Positions 40,454-53,186 of a stretch of 64,000 nt of DNA are shown piece after piece. The position numbers were made by a program, and so were the translations under genes. This DNA is from Macrostomum lignano (Eukaryota). Each line of letters opens with the position of its first letter. Position 1 is the first letter of the stretch. Under the pieces are notes generated by a model, which was given only the letters and a program-made list of their open reading frames with translations, made no database searches and had not been told where the DNA came from. The stretch covers positions 1 to 64,000 of the forward strand of contig NIVC01001860.1 of the NCBI GenBank assembly GCA_002269645.1, read 5' to 3'.

Positions 40454-42560
40454 CTATAATACAATTTTAACTAAGTTTTATTGCATTCTTTTGATCACTG
40501 ATACAATTTTTTGGTAGGTAAATAGACAAATCGGGTTAACACGGGTCCATCCTATAGTCATATGACTGACTGTTGTACTTCCGTAGTCCTACTTGCAGCT
40601 ACGCTAACTTCTTCAACACTGAAATGGGCTTAAAATTGGTTAGTTACACTTGGCCTTAATTGCTACAGCTTAAATTCATAAAAGTTTTCGAACATTTTTG
40701 GACACCACCCCTCCATTGAACAGCTATAGTGACCTAAAATCAAAAATCTAGTTTTGGGTTGAAAATGCGCGCGTGGACCGCTATATTTATCCACGCATAA
40801 GCTTGCGACAGACCTTTTTATCAAGTGATGACGTACTATAAATGCTATTCTAGAATTTAAACGTCCAGATTCAATTAAAATTTAATGTAGCTCGTAAAAG
40901 CCATGCATGAGTACACTTACATAGCTATAAATGACAAGCAATCTAGTGCCCTTCGGGGGCGCCCAAAAAGCAAGGAACAAAAATTATTTATGTGAATCCT
41001 ATTTGTCTTTGACACCTAAGGATGCAATTCCCCCTATTAGCCTTGACATCTCAGCAATTCCTCCGGCAAGCCTCGACATCTTAGTAATTCCCCCCAGCAA
41101 GCATCCCTCGATGGCAAGCAGCCCCTATATGTAGCTAATGATCTCAGTGCAACCATATTGTATGGACTTCAAAAGCGCAAAATCAGAAAAATCCTGATAA
41201 CTACACTCGAATAATTTATTTGATTCTGTTGCGAAGGTTTTCTGCTTACCTTTTTTCTGTCAAACGCTGATTCACAAGCCAGTATGAAATATATTATTAC
41301 ACCGACTTATTTCTTGAAAATGATGCAATGCTGTTTACTTTGGAATCTTGATAGAAATTTTTGAAGCAAAATAAATTGCCTCTTTGAAAAAAATTTCTTG
41401 AAATTGCTTCTCTGTCTGGCAGCAAAAGCTTCAGAGTGAGTGGATTATCTTTGAATTGAAAACTGACGGAAAAAAAGCTTTATCACCAAGTCGTCCTTTT
41501 TCCATATGGCTCTATTTTTCCGTGATTTCTAAACTCGCATAGTTTGAAACGCAGAGGCCTGTGTGAATTTATTCAACACAGAACACACAGTTCATGATTT
41601 TTTGCGCATGTTCCGAGGAAATTTTAATGCATTATATAATTAACCGCTAGCATAATATGTTTATGGCGATATCATTTCATAATTTTTCTTGAGGAATTTG
41701 ACAGCTAATTCTGTTAAAATTTTAGAACAATTTAAAGCCCACATTCGTTTCTGTAAAATGTTCTAAAAAACTTAATATGTTTCACAGGCGATCCTTTTCT
41801 TTTAAGTTAAAGCAAATATACGAGTCGTAATCTATAGGTCTTTTCTTACATGTGATGGGTTTCAGCCTTTTCAGCATTTTAAAGCTTCATGGTCTCAGGT
41901 CTCAGAAATAAATCAATTAGAGTCCTGGCCCCCACTCCTGTCAGATGGTCAGCCCCATGGTAGCTTGATCGTGTGGCGAGCAGTCCAGGTCCTATAGCTA
42001 AGAGAGGGACAGTGAGAGACGAGCAGGGAGAATTTTGAAGGTAGAGATCAGCTAATCCGCAGATTAACTAACCCGCCGCCACCAGCCCGTGCGCACCGGC
42101 TCACCAAACCAGGACTTTCGAAACCGGGCTTCCGACTAGAAGGGGCTTAGCACTTGCCTGCCAAATAGTGTCTTTTTGCTGTCAATCTCGAAGTCATAGC
42201 CGATGATAAGGGACACTGCTGGGACTTGATCGCATTGGCCATGCAGGTACAGAGGGGACTTGTGCAGGGGATTCTTGCGGTGGTGAGACTATGGGGTAGC
42301 TACATGTAGCTCGTACCATTACGTTGCTAAATAAGATGATTGTGTACTCTTCTAGACTTCAACGTGCTAACCAGCATCTCGTAGCGCTGGTGATAGACTA
42401 ACTCGAACTTTAGAGATCGCATGGTTCACTAACCGAGCCGCTTGGCGAATCCAGAGTGTATAGTAAGTACCTCTCTAGCGCCGATTCTGCACTACAAAAA
42501 ATAAAACCGATAGAAATAACTGCCAGTTAACCTGCTCACTAAAAAAACTCATATTGAATT

Positions 42561-45500
42561 TGTGGTGTATCGCACACTGAGATGCACTATAGTTTATATA
42601 AGTTCAAGTTCGTTATTCTATGCCGTTTGTTTGCACTAATCGCCTCTAAGCATTCTATCGCTACAGTTTCTTCTATGGTAATTAACCCAGCCCAAAGTTC
42701 CTAGAGCTCACCCTTCTGATCTCTTTCAAATAAGAAATATAAAGAATCTTAAGCTCATGAGTTAAATACTTCAGCCGGAGTTCAATTCACAACAATGGCG
42801 TCGCAGCTCGGCGAACTGCCGCTGGATAAACCTGACCGAGCACAGGTTTGGCTGACTGCCTTTCAAGCGCTGGCCAGAGCAAAAGGCTGGTCTGATTCAA
42901 CCGAAAAAAAAACGATCGCTGACAACTTTCTCGCTATCTGTGGACTCACCGCGCTTGAAAATCTGCAGAGTCTGGTGTCGCCACGCCCACTCACGGAGCT
43001 CTCATTCGAGGATATTCAGACGACATTTGTCACGTATCTGCGCCCCAAAGAGAAACTGATAATCGCTGAGCGCGCGCGATTCTTCAAGACGCAACAACTG
43101 CAAGGAGAAAGCATTTCTGATTTCGTCAGTCGTCTCCGCCAGGCGGCCACTGACTGCAAGTTCGACGACCTCAAGGCATGCAGAAGCCCTTCCGAGGAGC
43201 TAATCAGTACGGCACTCATCGCAGGACTGCGCGATAGCCGGGAGCAGCAGCGCGTACTCGAAGCAATGCAGCTGAAACTGATGTCCGTCTCAGAAATCAC
43301 GGACTTCATACGCAACCTAGAGCAAGTCGATGGCTTCGTCGCCAGGCAGATGGACAAGGCAACCGGCCAATCTAAAACACCATGCACCTACGAAGCCACC
43401 CTTCATTACGCTCAATCCGGTCGGCCTGAGACATCGCAGCATGCAAGCTCTCGTCGCACAATCAGCGCCTGTCGGTACTGTGGCAAGTCACACCCTGAAG
43501 GCAGATGCCCGGCTTTCGGAAAAAGCTGCTCCAAGTGTGGAAAGAAAAACCACTTCAGTACTGTTTGTAAGTCTCGATCCATGCACTACACGACTACTTG
43601 TGAGGAGGATTCAGATTCCGCCCAACAAAAAACAGACGTACTGCATCTCATCGATGCGCTCAATTCGATTGAAGTATCTATGGAGATTGTGCGCATCAAC
43701 GATAAGCCCTTCAAAATGCAGATCGACACGGGAGCATCGGTCTCCGTGCTCTCCAGTGCGCAGTGGGCTCTACTGGGTAAGCCACCACTCATGCGTTCCA
43801 ATCGGCGCTTGGAGGCCTTCGACGGGCACGTCATGAAATCGCTTGGCAAAGTGACTGCAACTGTGGAGCTACGAGGACGCCTTCAACCAGTGGAACTGAT
43901 TGTAGTCTCTTCGGAAAAGACGTACGGGTTGCTTGGCCGCGACCTCCTCGAGTCTGACGGTGTCTTCCATGCCAGCGATGTTCAAGCAGAAAAAACTGCC
44001 ATCGAACCTCTGCCCTGTATCCGAGGCGTTAAGGCCCGAATGGAACTGGTGGACGGTGCTAAACCACAATTTTGCCGCGCTCGTGCTGTGCCACTCGCCC
44101 TAGAAAGCCAAATCAGCGCAGAACTGGATCGCCTCCACCAACTTGGTGTCATCGAGTCAACAGAGGGTCCGGTTAGTAACGCTTCACCCGTAGTGTGGGT
44201 AAAGAAGAAGGATGGAACTCTCCGCATGTGCGCGGACTACAGCGTGCACGTCAATTCGAAGATCAAATCAGACTCATATCCCATTCCACACATCGAGACC
44301 ATGTTCTCCAAGCTAAAGAACGCCAAAACTTTCGCCACAGTCGATCTACGTTCGGCGTACTGGCAGATCGAGCTTGATGAAGCCGCGAGAGACCTATCGG
44401 TAATAAACACGTCCCGCGGGCTCTATCGTGTCAACCGGCTGCAAATGGGGATGAAGAACGCCTCCTTCATCTTCCAACGCACCATGGAATCCATTCTAGG
44501 AGACATCAAAGGACTGCTTATCTACCAAGACGACATTCTCATTCACGCGCCAGACAAACCCACGCTGGAGAAGCGCCTCGCTGCTGTGCGAACGCGTCTA
44601 TCTGAGAAGCGCGTGACTATCAACGAAGCGAAAAGCATCAGCTATTGCGATTCGGTTTCGTTCTTGGGCTTCCGAATATCCGCGGCTGGTATTCAGCCCG
44701 ATGATCGCCTAGTGGAGAAAATTCGCCATGTGTGCCCGCCAGCAAATAAATCAGAGCTCGCTCACTTTCTTGGCTTGGTAAACTTCTTCGGCCGCCTCAT
44801 CCCAAACTTTGCAGGCAAAACTGCACCGCTTAATAGACTACGACAAGCAAGCGTTCCGTTCGTGTGGTCAGAGGAGTGTTCCAAAGCGTTCGAGAGCCTA
44901 AAGCTGGAAATCGCTTCAGCGCCTGTGGTCCAGCCCTACAGCTTGACAAAGGAACTGACGCTGACCACTGATGCTTCCAAAGGAGCCCTCGCCGCCGTGG
45001 CAACACAAGATGGCCATCCCGTGATATACGTGTCACGTAGCCTGTCCTCCGCTGAATCCAATTATTCTAACATCGAGCGGGAGGCCTTGGCTATTGTTTG
45101 GGCCATCGCACGCTTGAAGCACTACTTCCATGGCCGACCATTCACAATACGCACAGACCATCAACCGCTCATCCGATTTTTTGGCTCCGGATCCGGCGTC
45201 CCAGTGGATGCCTCAGCCCGAATCGGACGCTGGGCCTTGTACCTGATGCAGTTTGATTACCGAATTCAGTATGCACGTGGCAGTAGCATTCCACACGTAG
45301 ATGCCTTATCCAGACTCAGATTCGATGACAGCTCATCAGACGACAAGGCCACATTCGAGACGATTAATTCAATCGCATTTGAATCACCTGTGATCGACGC
45401 TAAACGAATCACAGCGGAGATGGAGTTAGACGCGCTCACCCAGAGAATTCTCAATCGCGTCCGCCAAGGCGATTGGCGAAACTGCAGCCAGGCAGAAGCG

Positions 45501-46903
45501 CAGTTCAAAAAAGTCTCAAACAAACTAACGCTAGAAAATGGACTACTCTACATGCAAAGAAGAGTCTTCATTCCACCAAGACTGCGCAAGGCTGCGTTCA
45601 ATGCCATTCACGACACGCACACGGGCATGCATGCAGCGCACAGTCTAATGTCTACCAGCTGCTGGTGGCCCGGAATGCAACAGGACGTTGCCCAGTTTGT
45701 TCGACGCTGTCCAGACTGCTGCAGGCTTCGGCCTCAACTCGGCCACGACAGGGATCGCTGGCCTCCATCAACGTATCCGTTCCAGCGCGTACACATGGAC
45801 TGGGCATACGTAAAAGGCGCTGGAAACATCCTGGTCATCGTGGATTCCTTTTCCGGCTGGATAGAAGCATTTCCTTGCCGCGATCGCACAGCTGATTCAG
45901 TCATTCAGTGCCTGCGTACCGTATTCACACGGTTCGGCGTCCCCGAGCTGGTGGTTTCGGACAACGCCCCAGAGTTCACCACTGAAGTGCTCACGTCGTG
46001 GCTCCGCGCCAATGGTGCCAAGAAGCTCGAGTCACCCACCTATTACCCGCAGGCGAATGGAGCCGCAGAAAGGGCCGTTCAGACCGTCAAGTCCGCACTA
46101 AGGGCCTGGTCTGAAAAAATTACGCACATGGAGTTTAGCCGCTTCTTGCAAAAGGTCCTCCTGCACCACAGAAACTCAGCCTCTTCGCGGGGCTGCTGCC
46201 CAGCCGAAATTCCTTTTGGACGGCGACTCAGAGTCCCGGTGGTGACCAACTTCGAACAGGGTGACAGCGTGATCTATGCGCCAAGCAGCTCCTCAGTCGG
46301 CAACCCGGCAAAGTTCGTGATGACGGCAGGTCAAAACACGGCATGGATCCTCGCTGACGATGGGCTTCGCCTTGCAAGCACGAATCAACTTGCCCCAATG
46401 GCCACCCGGCCATCGGAATTCGAGATGGAGGACGAAGATGAGACTAACAGCGTGCCAGAAACCGGAAACGAGCCAGTCGCAGGGATTCAGACACCCGTGC
46501 CTGAAGAAGCCGTTCAGCTGAGAAGGAGCCTCAGAAACCGATCCGCTCCTGAGCGCTTTGTGCCTTAAACTGGTATCCGAGGAGGGTTGAAAAAAAACGC
46601 GAAACTAATGAAACGACATGAAACGACTTCACTGTTCCAATTGACATCTTCTGAATATAGGGAGGGGCATGTGGTGTATCGCACACTGAGATGCACTATA
46701 GTTTATATAAGTTCAAGTTCGTTATTCTATGCCGTTTGTTTGCACTAATCGCCTCTAAGCATTCTATCGCTACAGTTTCTTCTATGGTAATTAACCCAGC
46801 CCAAAGTTCCTAGAGCTCACCCTTCTGATCTCTTTCAAATAAGAAATATAAAGAATCTTAAGCTCATGAGTTAAATACTTCAGCCGGAGTTCAATTCACA
46901 ACA
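42561..46903 (+). mobile_element. Intact Ty3/Gypsy LTR retrotransposon (Mag-like clade)
   Basis: Identical 234-bp TG...CA LTRs (42561-42794, 46670-46903), TSD GAATT, TGG-type PBS just after the 5' LTR, PPT agggaggggca before the 3' LTR. Confidence 0.97.
42795..46568 (+). CDS. Gag-Pol polyprotein (single ORF, 1257 aa)
   Basis: Tandem Zn knuckles CRYCGKSH...CPA...CSKCGKKNH...C, protease IDTGAS, RT YQDD, RNase H TDAS/IEREAL/TDH/DALSR, integrase HHCC plus MDWA/SDNAPEF/AERAV. Confidence 0.97.
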   Translation: MASQLGELPLDKPDRAQVWLTAFQALARAKGWSDSTEKKTIADNFLAICGLTALENLQSLVSPRPLTELSFEDIQTTFVTYLRPKEKLIIAERARFFKTQQLQGESISDFVSRLRQAATDCKFDDLKACRSPSEELISTALIAGLRDSREQQRVLEAMQLKLMSVSEITDFIRNLEQVDGFVARQMDKATGQSKTPCTYEATLHYAQSGRPETSQHASSRRTISACRYCGKSHPEGRCPAFGKSCSKCGKKNHFSTVCKSRSMHYTTTCEEDSDSAQQKTDVLHLIDALNSIEVSMEIVRINDKPFKMQIDTGASVSVLSSAQWALLGKPPLMRSNRRLEAFDGHVMKSLGKVTATVELRGRLQPVELIVVSSEKTYGLLGRDLLESDGVFHASDVQAEKTAIEPLPCIRGVKARMELVDGAKPQFCRARAVPLALESQISAELDRLHQLGVIESTEGPVSNASPVVWVKKKDGTLRMCADYSVHVNSKIKSDSYPIPHIETMFSKLKNAKTFATVDLRSAYWQIELDEAARDLSVINTSRGLYRVNRLQMGMKNASFIFQRTMESILGDIKGLLIYQDDILIHAPDKPTLEKRLAAVRTRLSEKRVTINEAKSISYCDSVSFLGFRISAAGIQPDDRLVEKIRHVCPPANKSELAHFLGLVNFFGRLIPNFAGKTAPLNRLRQASVPFVWSEECSKAFESLKLEIASAPVVQPYSLTKELTLTTDASKGALAAVATQDGHPVIYVSRSLSSAESNYSNIEREALAIVWAIARLKHYFHGRPFTIRTDHQPLIRFFGSGSGVPVDASARIGRWALYLMQFDYRIQYARGSSIPHVDALSRLRFDDSSSDDKATFETINSIAFESPVIDAKRITAEMELDALTQRILNRVRQGDWRNCSQAEAQFKKVSNKLTLENGLLYMQRRVFIPPRLRKAAFNAIHDTHTGMHAAHSLMSTSCWWPGMQQDVAQFVRRCPDCCRLRPQLGHDRDRWPPSTYPFQRVHMDWAYVKGAGNILVIVDSFSGWIEAFPCRDRTADSVIQCLRTVFTRFGVPELVVSDNAPEFTTEVLTSWLRANGAKKLESPTYYPQANGAAERAVQTVKSALRAWSEKITHMEFSRFLQKVLLHHRNSASSRGCCPAEIPFGRRLRVPVVTNFEQGDSVIYAPSSSSVGNPAKFVMTAGQNTAWILADDGLRLASTNQLAPMATRPSEFEMEDEDETNSVPETGNEPVAGIQTPVPEEAVQLRRSLRNRSAPERFVP

Positions 46904-48851
46904 GAATTGGAGTAATCAGACTACTAACAGTATTATTGAACGATTTCTGCCTCAATAACAGCACTGCTAAGCAAAATGAGCAAAAGTGTGCACCTAATCC
47001 AGCTTGCTGAAATGGGGGACAGATACGGGGATCACCCGATCACGCAAGTCTAGCTAGGTAGCCTTTCACCAAACCAATCAGAATCCGAGCAGCCGGAGAG
47101 CGGGCAATCCGCTGATTGGTGGAGCCAATTTTGTTAGAATTGAAGTCGATATTTCTGATTGGCATGGAGACTGCAGACCTGCAGACTCGCGTGATCAAAA
47201 GATCCAATCATGCAGTTCCCTCGAGGATATAAAAATACGCCACGTGTTCGGATAAATCACTCAAAATGGCTACACTTGATTATTTATATGGGTTTTCGCG
47301 TAGAAATCACTTAAGCCAATAATAAATATGCACGAATTAAAGGTCGTATTAAATAGAAAGTGAAGATGATGAAGAGAAATGGATAATCGCTAATCCCGAA
47401 GTACTATTAAGGGTAAAATGCATAGCTGTCAGAGCTGTCAAACTTCTGAGAAAACGAGAACAATTATAGGCCTATGACCTGATAAGCTGGCTGTTAAAAA
47501 TGATGAGAAAAAAAGCTAACCGCCCGCATCCCTTCAGACCATCTGGTGTCATGCAGCTTCAACGCTGAGTGTCGAGGCGCGCAGGTAGCTGTCAGACACG
47601 CCTGTAAGCAATTATTTTATGACCCCTAAAGTTACAAAAACCGCCCCTATGCCATAATCATAAGATCATATAACCATGACTATATAAAGCACTGCAGATG
47701 TGAAATTCTTTAATTTTCATAATTAATCCCTAAATTTCATTACAAGGCCTAAAAAACGTTTTTTTTTAATTTTTTTACTTTCGATAAAATGGAGTTAACC
47801 GAAATTTCGTATCCACTATAATCCGTCCATGCAGCAAATTTCACAAACCCCTATAATTTCACAACATGCAACCTATATAACTTTATCTCGTAGCAACTAC
47901 TTGTGGTCGTAGTTGTGCTCGGTTAGGTTATTATGGACCATACAACACAAGCAGATAAAGCGAGCAAAAGTACTGCTTAAATATACTAATTCAAAAATAA
48001 TTGTGCTAGAAAATTCCTAAATACAAAAAATTGTGATTGTAAAATTATTGATCTGCAAAATTACTGGGTTGTGAAAATAGAGGATTGTGAAAGTTTGCGA
48101 CAAATTGGGGCGATAAAATTTAGCGATTGTATTATCTAGAGGTTGTGAAATTTACGGATTGTGCAATTTTGTGTTGTGTAGCACCCCTGAACGATTCCAT
48201 TTGTTAAATTCCAAAGCAAAAATGGACGGCATTTTTTTGTTTTACGATTGTTAGTCTTAACAAGTAACTATGATTGATTTAATGATTTAAACTTTAAGCG
48301 ATTAAACGTTGCTTTCAGTATCCTTTTTAATTTTAAATAAAATTTTAAAAACTTAAAAAAGTTGCCAAATTATAAACAGATGACACGCTAATTTCAAAAT
48401 GTAATTAACTCTAGGATTAGAGCGCGATCTCTAAAAAACAGACGCATTTGTTTCCCGATCGATATTCAGATTGATATTCGAAAACTAACAAAATCTCTGC
48501 TCTGCAAAAATATTTTAGAACGCCGTTTGACAGAAAAAAAGTGCAACTAAGAACATTGCAAAAATAAAGTTTCAGCTCGATCCGTCACTCTGGCTCGAAA
48601 TGGCACCGATTTTCGATGTGCTCCCATTTAAAATACATGTTAAAGGATAAATAAAAGGTGGCTGTGTCTGCATATTTATTGACTGGCGAAACTCAGATTT
48701 CCGGTTAATTGAGTGCGCGTTGGGATGTGCTCGAGCAGGGGGAAGTGGATAGGCTGGGTGGGGGTTACGGAGTGCAAACTGAGTGCCCGAACTGCCTGCC
48801 TGCGCATGCTACAGTTACTACATGATTACCGAACACCGTGTCCATTTGCAG

Positions 48852-49513
48852 GATTTAAGTCAAATATTTGTTCCGGTCTTACACGGGTCACATATTTATC
48901 TAATTGTGATTTGCGGTGCCAGCAGAAAAATTCTAATCCTGGACTCACTGAAAAACCGAGCCGCTGCAATTCGTCAACTGAAGCCCATAGTTCATCGATG
49001 GAAGTAGGTAAACCATTTGTGTCGTATAATTGCACCTACGAGCTACGCTCGTACAATGTGCTGATTAACTTTTTGCCTAAATTTACTTGCTATTATAGAC
49101 CATAAAGCCATGAACGTCCATCCATATACTAAAAATCCGGTACTTAAAATATTCCGCTAAACTACATTTCATACTCCTGCAGACAACTCCTCGATTCGAA
49201 TGTCGTCGCTCCATTCGTGGACCAAACAGCACCTGTGTTCAGAAGCAGCCCGGTGACTTTTGAGCCAGATACTTTGCCACGGACCATGCAGAATGACGGC
49301 TATAGCTGCGGTGTGTTCGTCTGTCTGTATGCCACGGCTGTTGCAACTGGATCACCGCTACACTTCAGAAACGACACAGGATCCCTAGAAAAGTACCGGT
49401 GTCACATCTGGCAGGTTATCCAGAATTACAGTCAAGGAGGAAGCCAGGCGACCTGCAGCACGTGCAACAGGATGGTACCTGATGCTTGTGCTAGAAATCG
49501 GACGATTGACTGG
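48852..49513 (+). CDS. Ulp1/SENP (peptidase C48)-like exons, join(48852..49003,49183..49513), ending in the start of a PHD-like Cys motif
   Basis: IFVPVLHGSHIYL (His), ILDSL (Asp), MQNDGYSCGVFV (Gln/Cys), then CSTC...IDW. The phase-2 GT-AG junction keeps frame. No start or end exon found. Confidence 0.75.
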
Positions 49514-50266
49514 GTGGGTAGCAGCTAGTACGCTTGCTATATTGACTACACTTTAAAGGCTTTACGAGCGTACAATAGTTATGCTACTCTCTTCGTTGAA
49601 GTTGTTCTTTCCGGAAATAGGCTAATCTACGAGTATCAACGATATATCGCCGATAAGTAGCTAGTACTAAAACCATTTCACTTGTAGGTAGCCAACAGTG
49701 GCAATAAAAGCTAAAAAGGAAGTATATATAAATTAACCATTACTGATATGCTAAATAAAATTAGGGCAATCCCATTTAACGCTGAAATTAAATTCCTTAC
49801 TACAGATCGAATGCCTCGAATTTCTTGAGTGGGGCCTAATGCAATGCTAGATCACCGAGGGCCTTGGGGCCGGATTGGAAGGGCCGGATCTGGCCCTGGG
49901 GCCGAGGGCTGTTGACCCCCTGCCACAGTATAAGTCTTAAATTAAAAGTAAGTTAATCCTCATATAGTTTCTGAACATTGCAAGGCGAGGCAATAAATAG
50001 AATGTACTGCTTGCTTAGTATTGCTTAGGAAAGGCCATTTTTCGGGAAGCAGAGTATTAATTGCAACCCCTAATTAGATCCGCAACCTGCCTTCTGTGAG
50101 CTATATACGAGAGCTATAGAATTTCGCGTTCCTCGTTGTCTATACTTTTCTGAATGCACCAACATCCAAACAATTAATTTAACAATAAACGAGTCCCAAA
50201 CAACGTTGTTGCCTTCGTGTGTAAAATTTATGAGAAAGAAATAACGTTTCCTATCAAAATAGAACA

Positions 50267-50763
50267 AAATTTCATGTTGAATGGTCAAGCCAAAGTGAGC
50301 GAACTCGAATATCGATCTGCCTTATAAAATCACATGTATTTTAAATGGGAGCACATCGAAAATCGGTGCCATTTCGAGCCAGAGTAACGGATCGAGCTGA
50401 AACTGTATATTTATCGGTTTCTTAGTTGCATTTTTTAGTGTGTAAAATTTCATGTTGAATGGTCAAGCCAAAGTGAGCGAACTCGAATATCGACATCTGC
50501 CTTATAAAATCACATGTATTTTAAATGGGAGCACATCGAAAATCGGTGCCATTTCGAGCCAGAGTGACGGATCGAGCTGAAACTGTATATTTATCGGTTT
50601 CTTACTTGCACTTTTTAGTGTGTAAAATTTCATGTTGAATGGTCAAGCCAAAGTGAGCGAACTCGAATATCGATCTGCCTTATAAAATCACATGTATTTT
50701 AAATGGGAGCACATCGAAAATCGGTGCCATTTCGAGCCAGAGTAACGGATCGAGCTGAAACTT
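50267..50763. repeat. About 180-bp triple tandem repeat forming an expanded right subterminal region
   Basis: aaatttcatgttgaatggtcaagcc...gatcgagctgaaact occurs three times. Confidence 0.92.
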
Positions 50764-52454
50764 TATTTTTGCAATGTTCTTAGTTGCACTTTTTTTCTGT
50801 CAAACGGCGTTCTAAAATATTTTTGCAGAGCAGAGATTTTGTTAGTTTTCGAATATCAATCTGAATATCGATCGGGAAACAAATGCGTAAAAAACAGAGT
50901 TAATTTTTCCTTTTTTCGAGCTTTAAATAAAGTCCATGGTCCAACTCTAACTCCAACTGAACAGTAGCATATATGCCAAACTATATGCTTAACTTTTATA
51001 TAAGTTAAGTCACTACTTTTTGCACGTATTGCACAAATGGTAATATCTGTTCCTAAAACAGCTATGCCTATGCTATAGCCTGTATTGTTGTATACAGTTT
51101 CAATAAAACCTATTTTAAAAGTAAAAAAGTAGGCCTATTTATCTAAGATTATTGTCATATTAATTTTAAGTTAAATAGGCATATTGAAAGCAAGAATTAA
51201 TGTAATGCAAATTGACATAAAGTTCAATGTTTGATTTTGAGTTTTTAATGTTTTTAATGTTGAATCTAACTAAAGCCAAGGTGCATAGGGCCTAAGTAAA
51301 TTAAAAATAAAAGTGATAAATCTTTTTTTGTTAAACCTAGTCATAAGCCAAGTTTAGTCAGATTATTAAAGCACTTGCTATATTTATCATTTTGAAACTG
51401 ACTAGGCCCTAAATAAGGCATAGCCATAGGCCTAGCCTAAACTTAAATTGTCTTAACTTAAGTCTAATAAGTTCTAGATATTCCAGTGTCAGCATCATGT
51501 ACAGGCTTATGCCAGAATGAAATTTGCTTCTTGTATTTTACATCTGTAAAACTTTCCCATTGTCTATTGAAACAAGGTTTAGGCCAGCATGGAATTCATG
51601 TATCTGGCATGAAAAATGGAAAATTGCGACTTTTTTTGGTGCGCAATTTCATATTGAATGAAACACAATTTAACAATCTTAAACAAAATTTAGTAGCTAG
51701 CGCAATTTTGTTTCAGATTGCTATTACCAATTAATTCTTAGGTAGTAGAAACTTCATTGTTTTAGACTACATTTTTACTTCTACACCTTGCTTATGAAAC
51801 CAACTACATGTACATGTGCTTAACGGCATTACCCAAGGACTATAGTCACCAAGTCAGCATCTGCATCGAAAACCCTGTGTGTATAACAATTCTATAGGTA
51901 TGTAATAATTTTTAAGTTTTATAAGTTTGTATTCCACATGGCCGTTAACTTCAATAAGCTAGAAGGATGCTAGGGAAATACTGAGGGTAAGAACAATGAA
52001 AGGTTAATCTTTTTTCATGATTTATTGCAAGTTTCACCAACTTATACATGCTTTGGTTTACTTTACATTGTTATACATGCAGATACAGATGTACATGTAG
52101 CTAGCTAAATGCAAATATCAACAGAGCTTAAATTCGTAGTTCAATTTATTTCAAGTGATAGAAACTAAACCATACAAGATACATGTACATGATCTGCAAC
52201 TGCAAAAAGTTCTCATTCAGCACTAATATAAAAATGAAGAATGCATATAAATTATTGTACATGTACACCATAGCATACATGTATTTGATGGCTGCTACAT
52301 GTAACTTAGCTTGGCGTAAAGAGAAAACACCATAAACTTGGCAATATGCGAGCTATGGCTAATGATAGCACACTGGCTTATTGTTTCATGTATAATAGAG
52401 GAGTCATTGTTCATCCATTGATTAATGATTTAAACAAAGTTCAGTAACAAGAAA

Positions 52455-53010
52455 AATGGCATGCTTTGAGTGTAGGTAGCATCTGCAAGATACAGTCAGT
52501 AAGAGAAAAATGGCACGCTTTGACCTGATTGCAGCGCATGGGCATTTTGGCGGACGGCGTCCGGCGCGGATCTAATACGGCGCGGCGCGGCGTGTATGGC
52601 GCGCGGCGATTAGTACGGCGCGGCGCGGTACTAATTAGATGCCGAGGCATTTAGGCTTGATAAGACAGTCATAGTTACTCCTGCCGTTTACCCAAAACTG
52701 CGTTAATTTTGCTTTGAGGTTTCTTTCACAGGTAAGTCATTTCACAGCGTGGCGCAGGTTGTGTAGGCGTCTGGCGTACTTAAGCCATGCGCTGCAATAG
52801 GGCGCTTTGAGTGCAGGTAGCATCTGCAAGATACAGTCAGTAAGAGGAAAATGGCACGCTTTGAGTGCAGGTAGCATCTGCAAGATTACAGTCAGTAAGA
52901 AGAAAATGGCACGCTTTGAGTGTAGGTAGCATCTGCAAGAGTACAGTCAGTAAGAGGAAAATGGCACGCTTTGAGTGCAGGTAGCAACTGCAAGATATTA
53001 CGGTCAGCAA
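52455..53010. repeat. About 55-bp tandem repeat interrupted by a MITE
   Basis: Unit atggcacgctttgagtgcaggtagcatctgcaagatacagtcagtaagaggaaa. Confidence 0.85.
52524..52802. mobile_element. 279-bp MITE with an 8-bp TSD (hAT/P-type)
   Basis: TIR core attgcagcgcatgg (52528-52541) / ccatgcgctgcaat (52785-52798). TSD cgctttga at 52516-52523 and 52803-52810. Confidence 0.8.
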
Positions 53011-53186
53011 AAAGAAAGTGACTAGTCAATTCAAACAAGATGTGGTAGACGAGCTTCTTCTAAATTCTTCCGTCTTTGTACAACACTGGGAGCTCTCATA
53101 CTGAGGTAGCCCGCAATTGTACATATATCCTTGGCTACCAGTGGAGCTGCACGCTGAAGATATTTTTTAGCAATCCCAGAAATAGC

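Larger units (their letters stand above)
48442..50888. mobile_element. Non-autonomous Mutator/Foldback-like element with 199-bp TIRs
   Basis: 48442-48640 is the near-perfect reverse complement of 50690-50888. Flanked by the direct repeat AAAAAACAG (9 bp, or TAAAAAACAGA 11 bp if the ends are shifted by 1). Confidence 0.85.
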
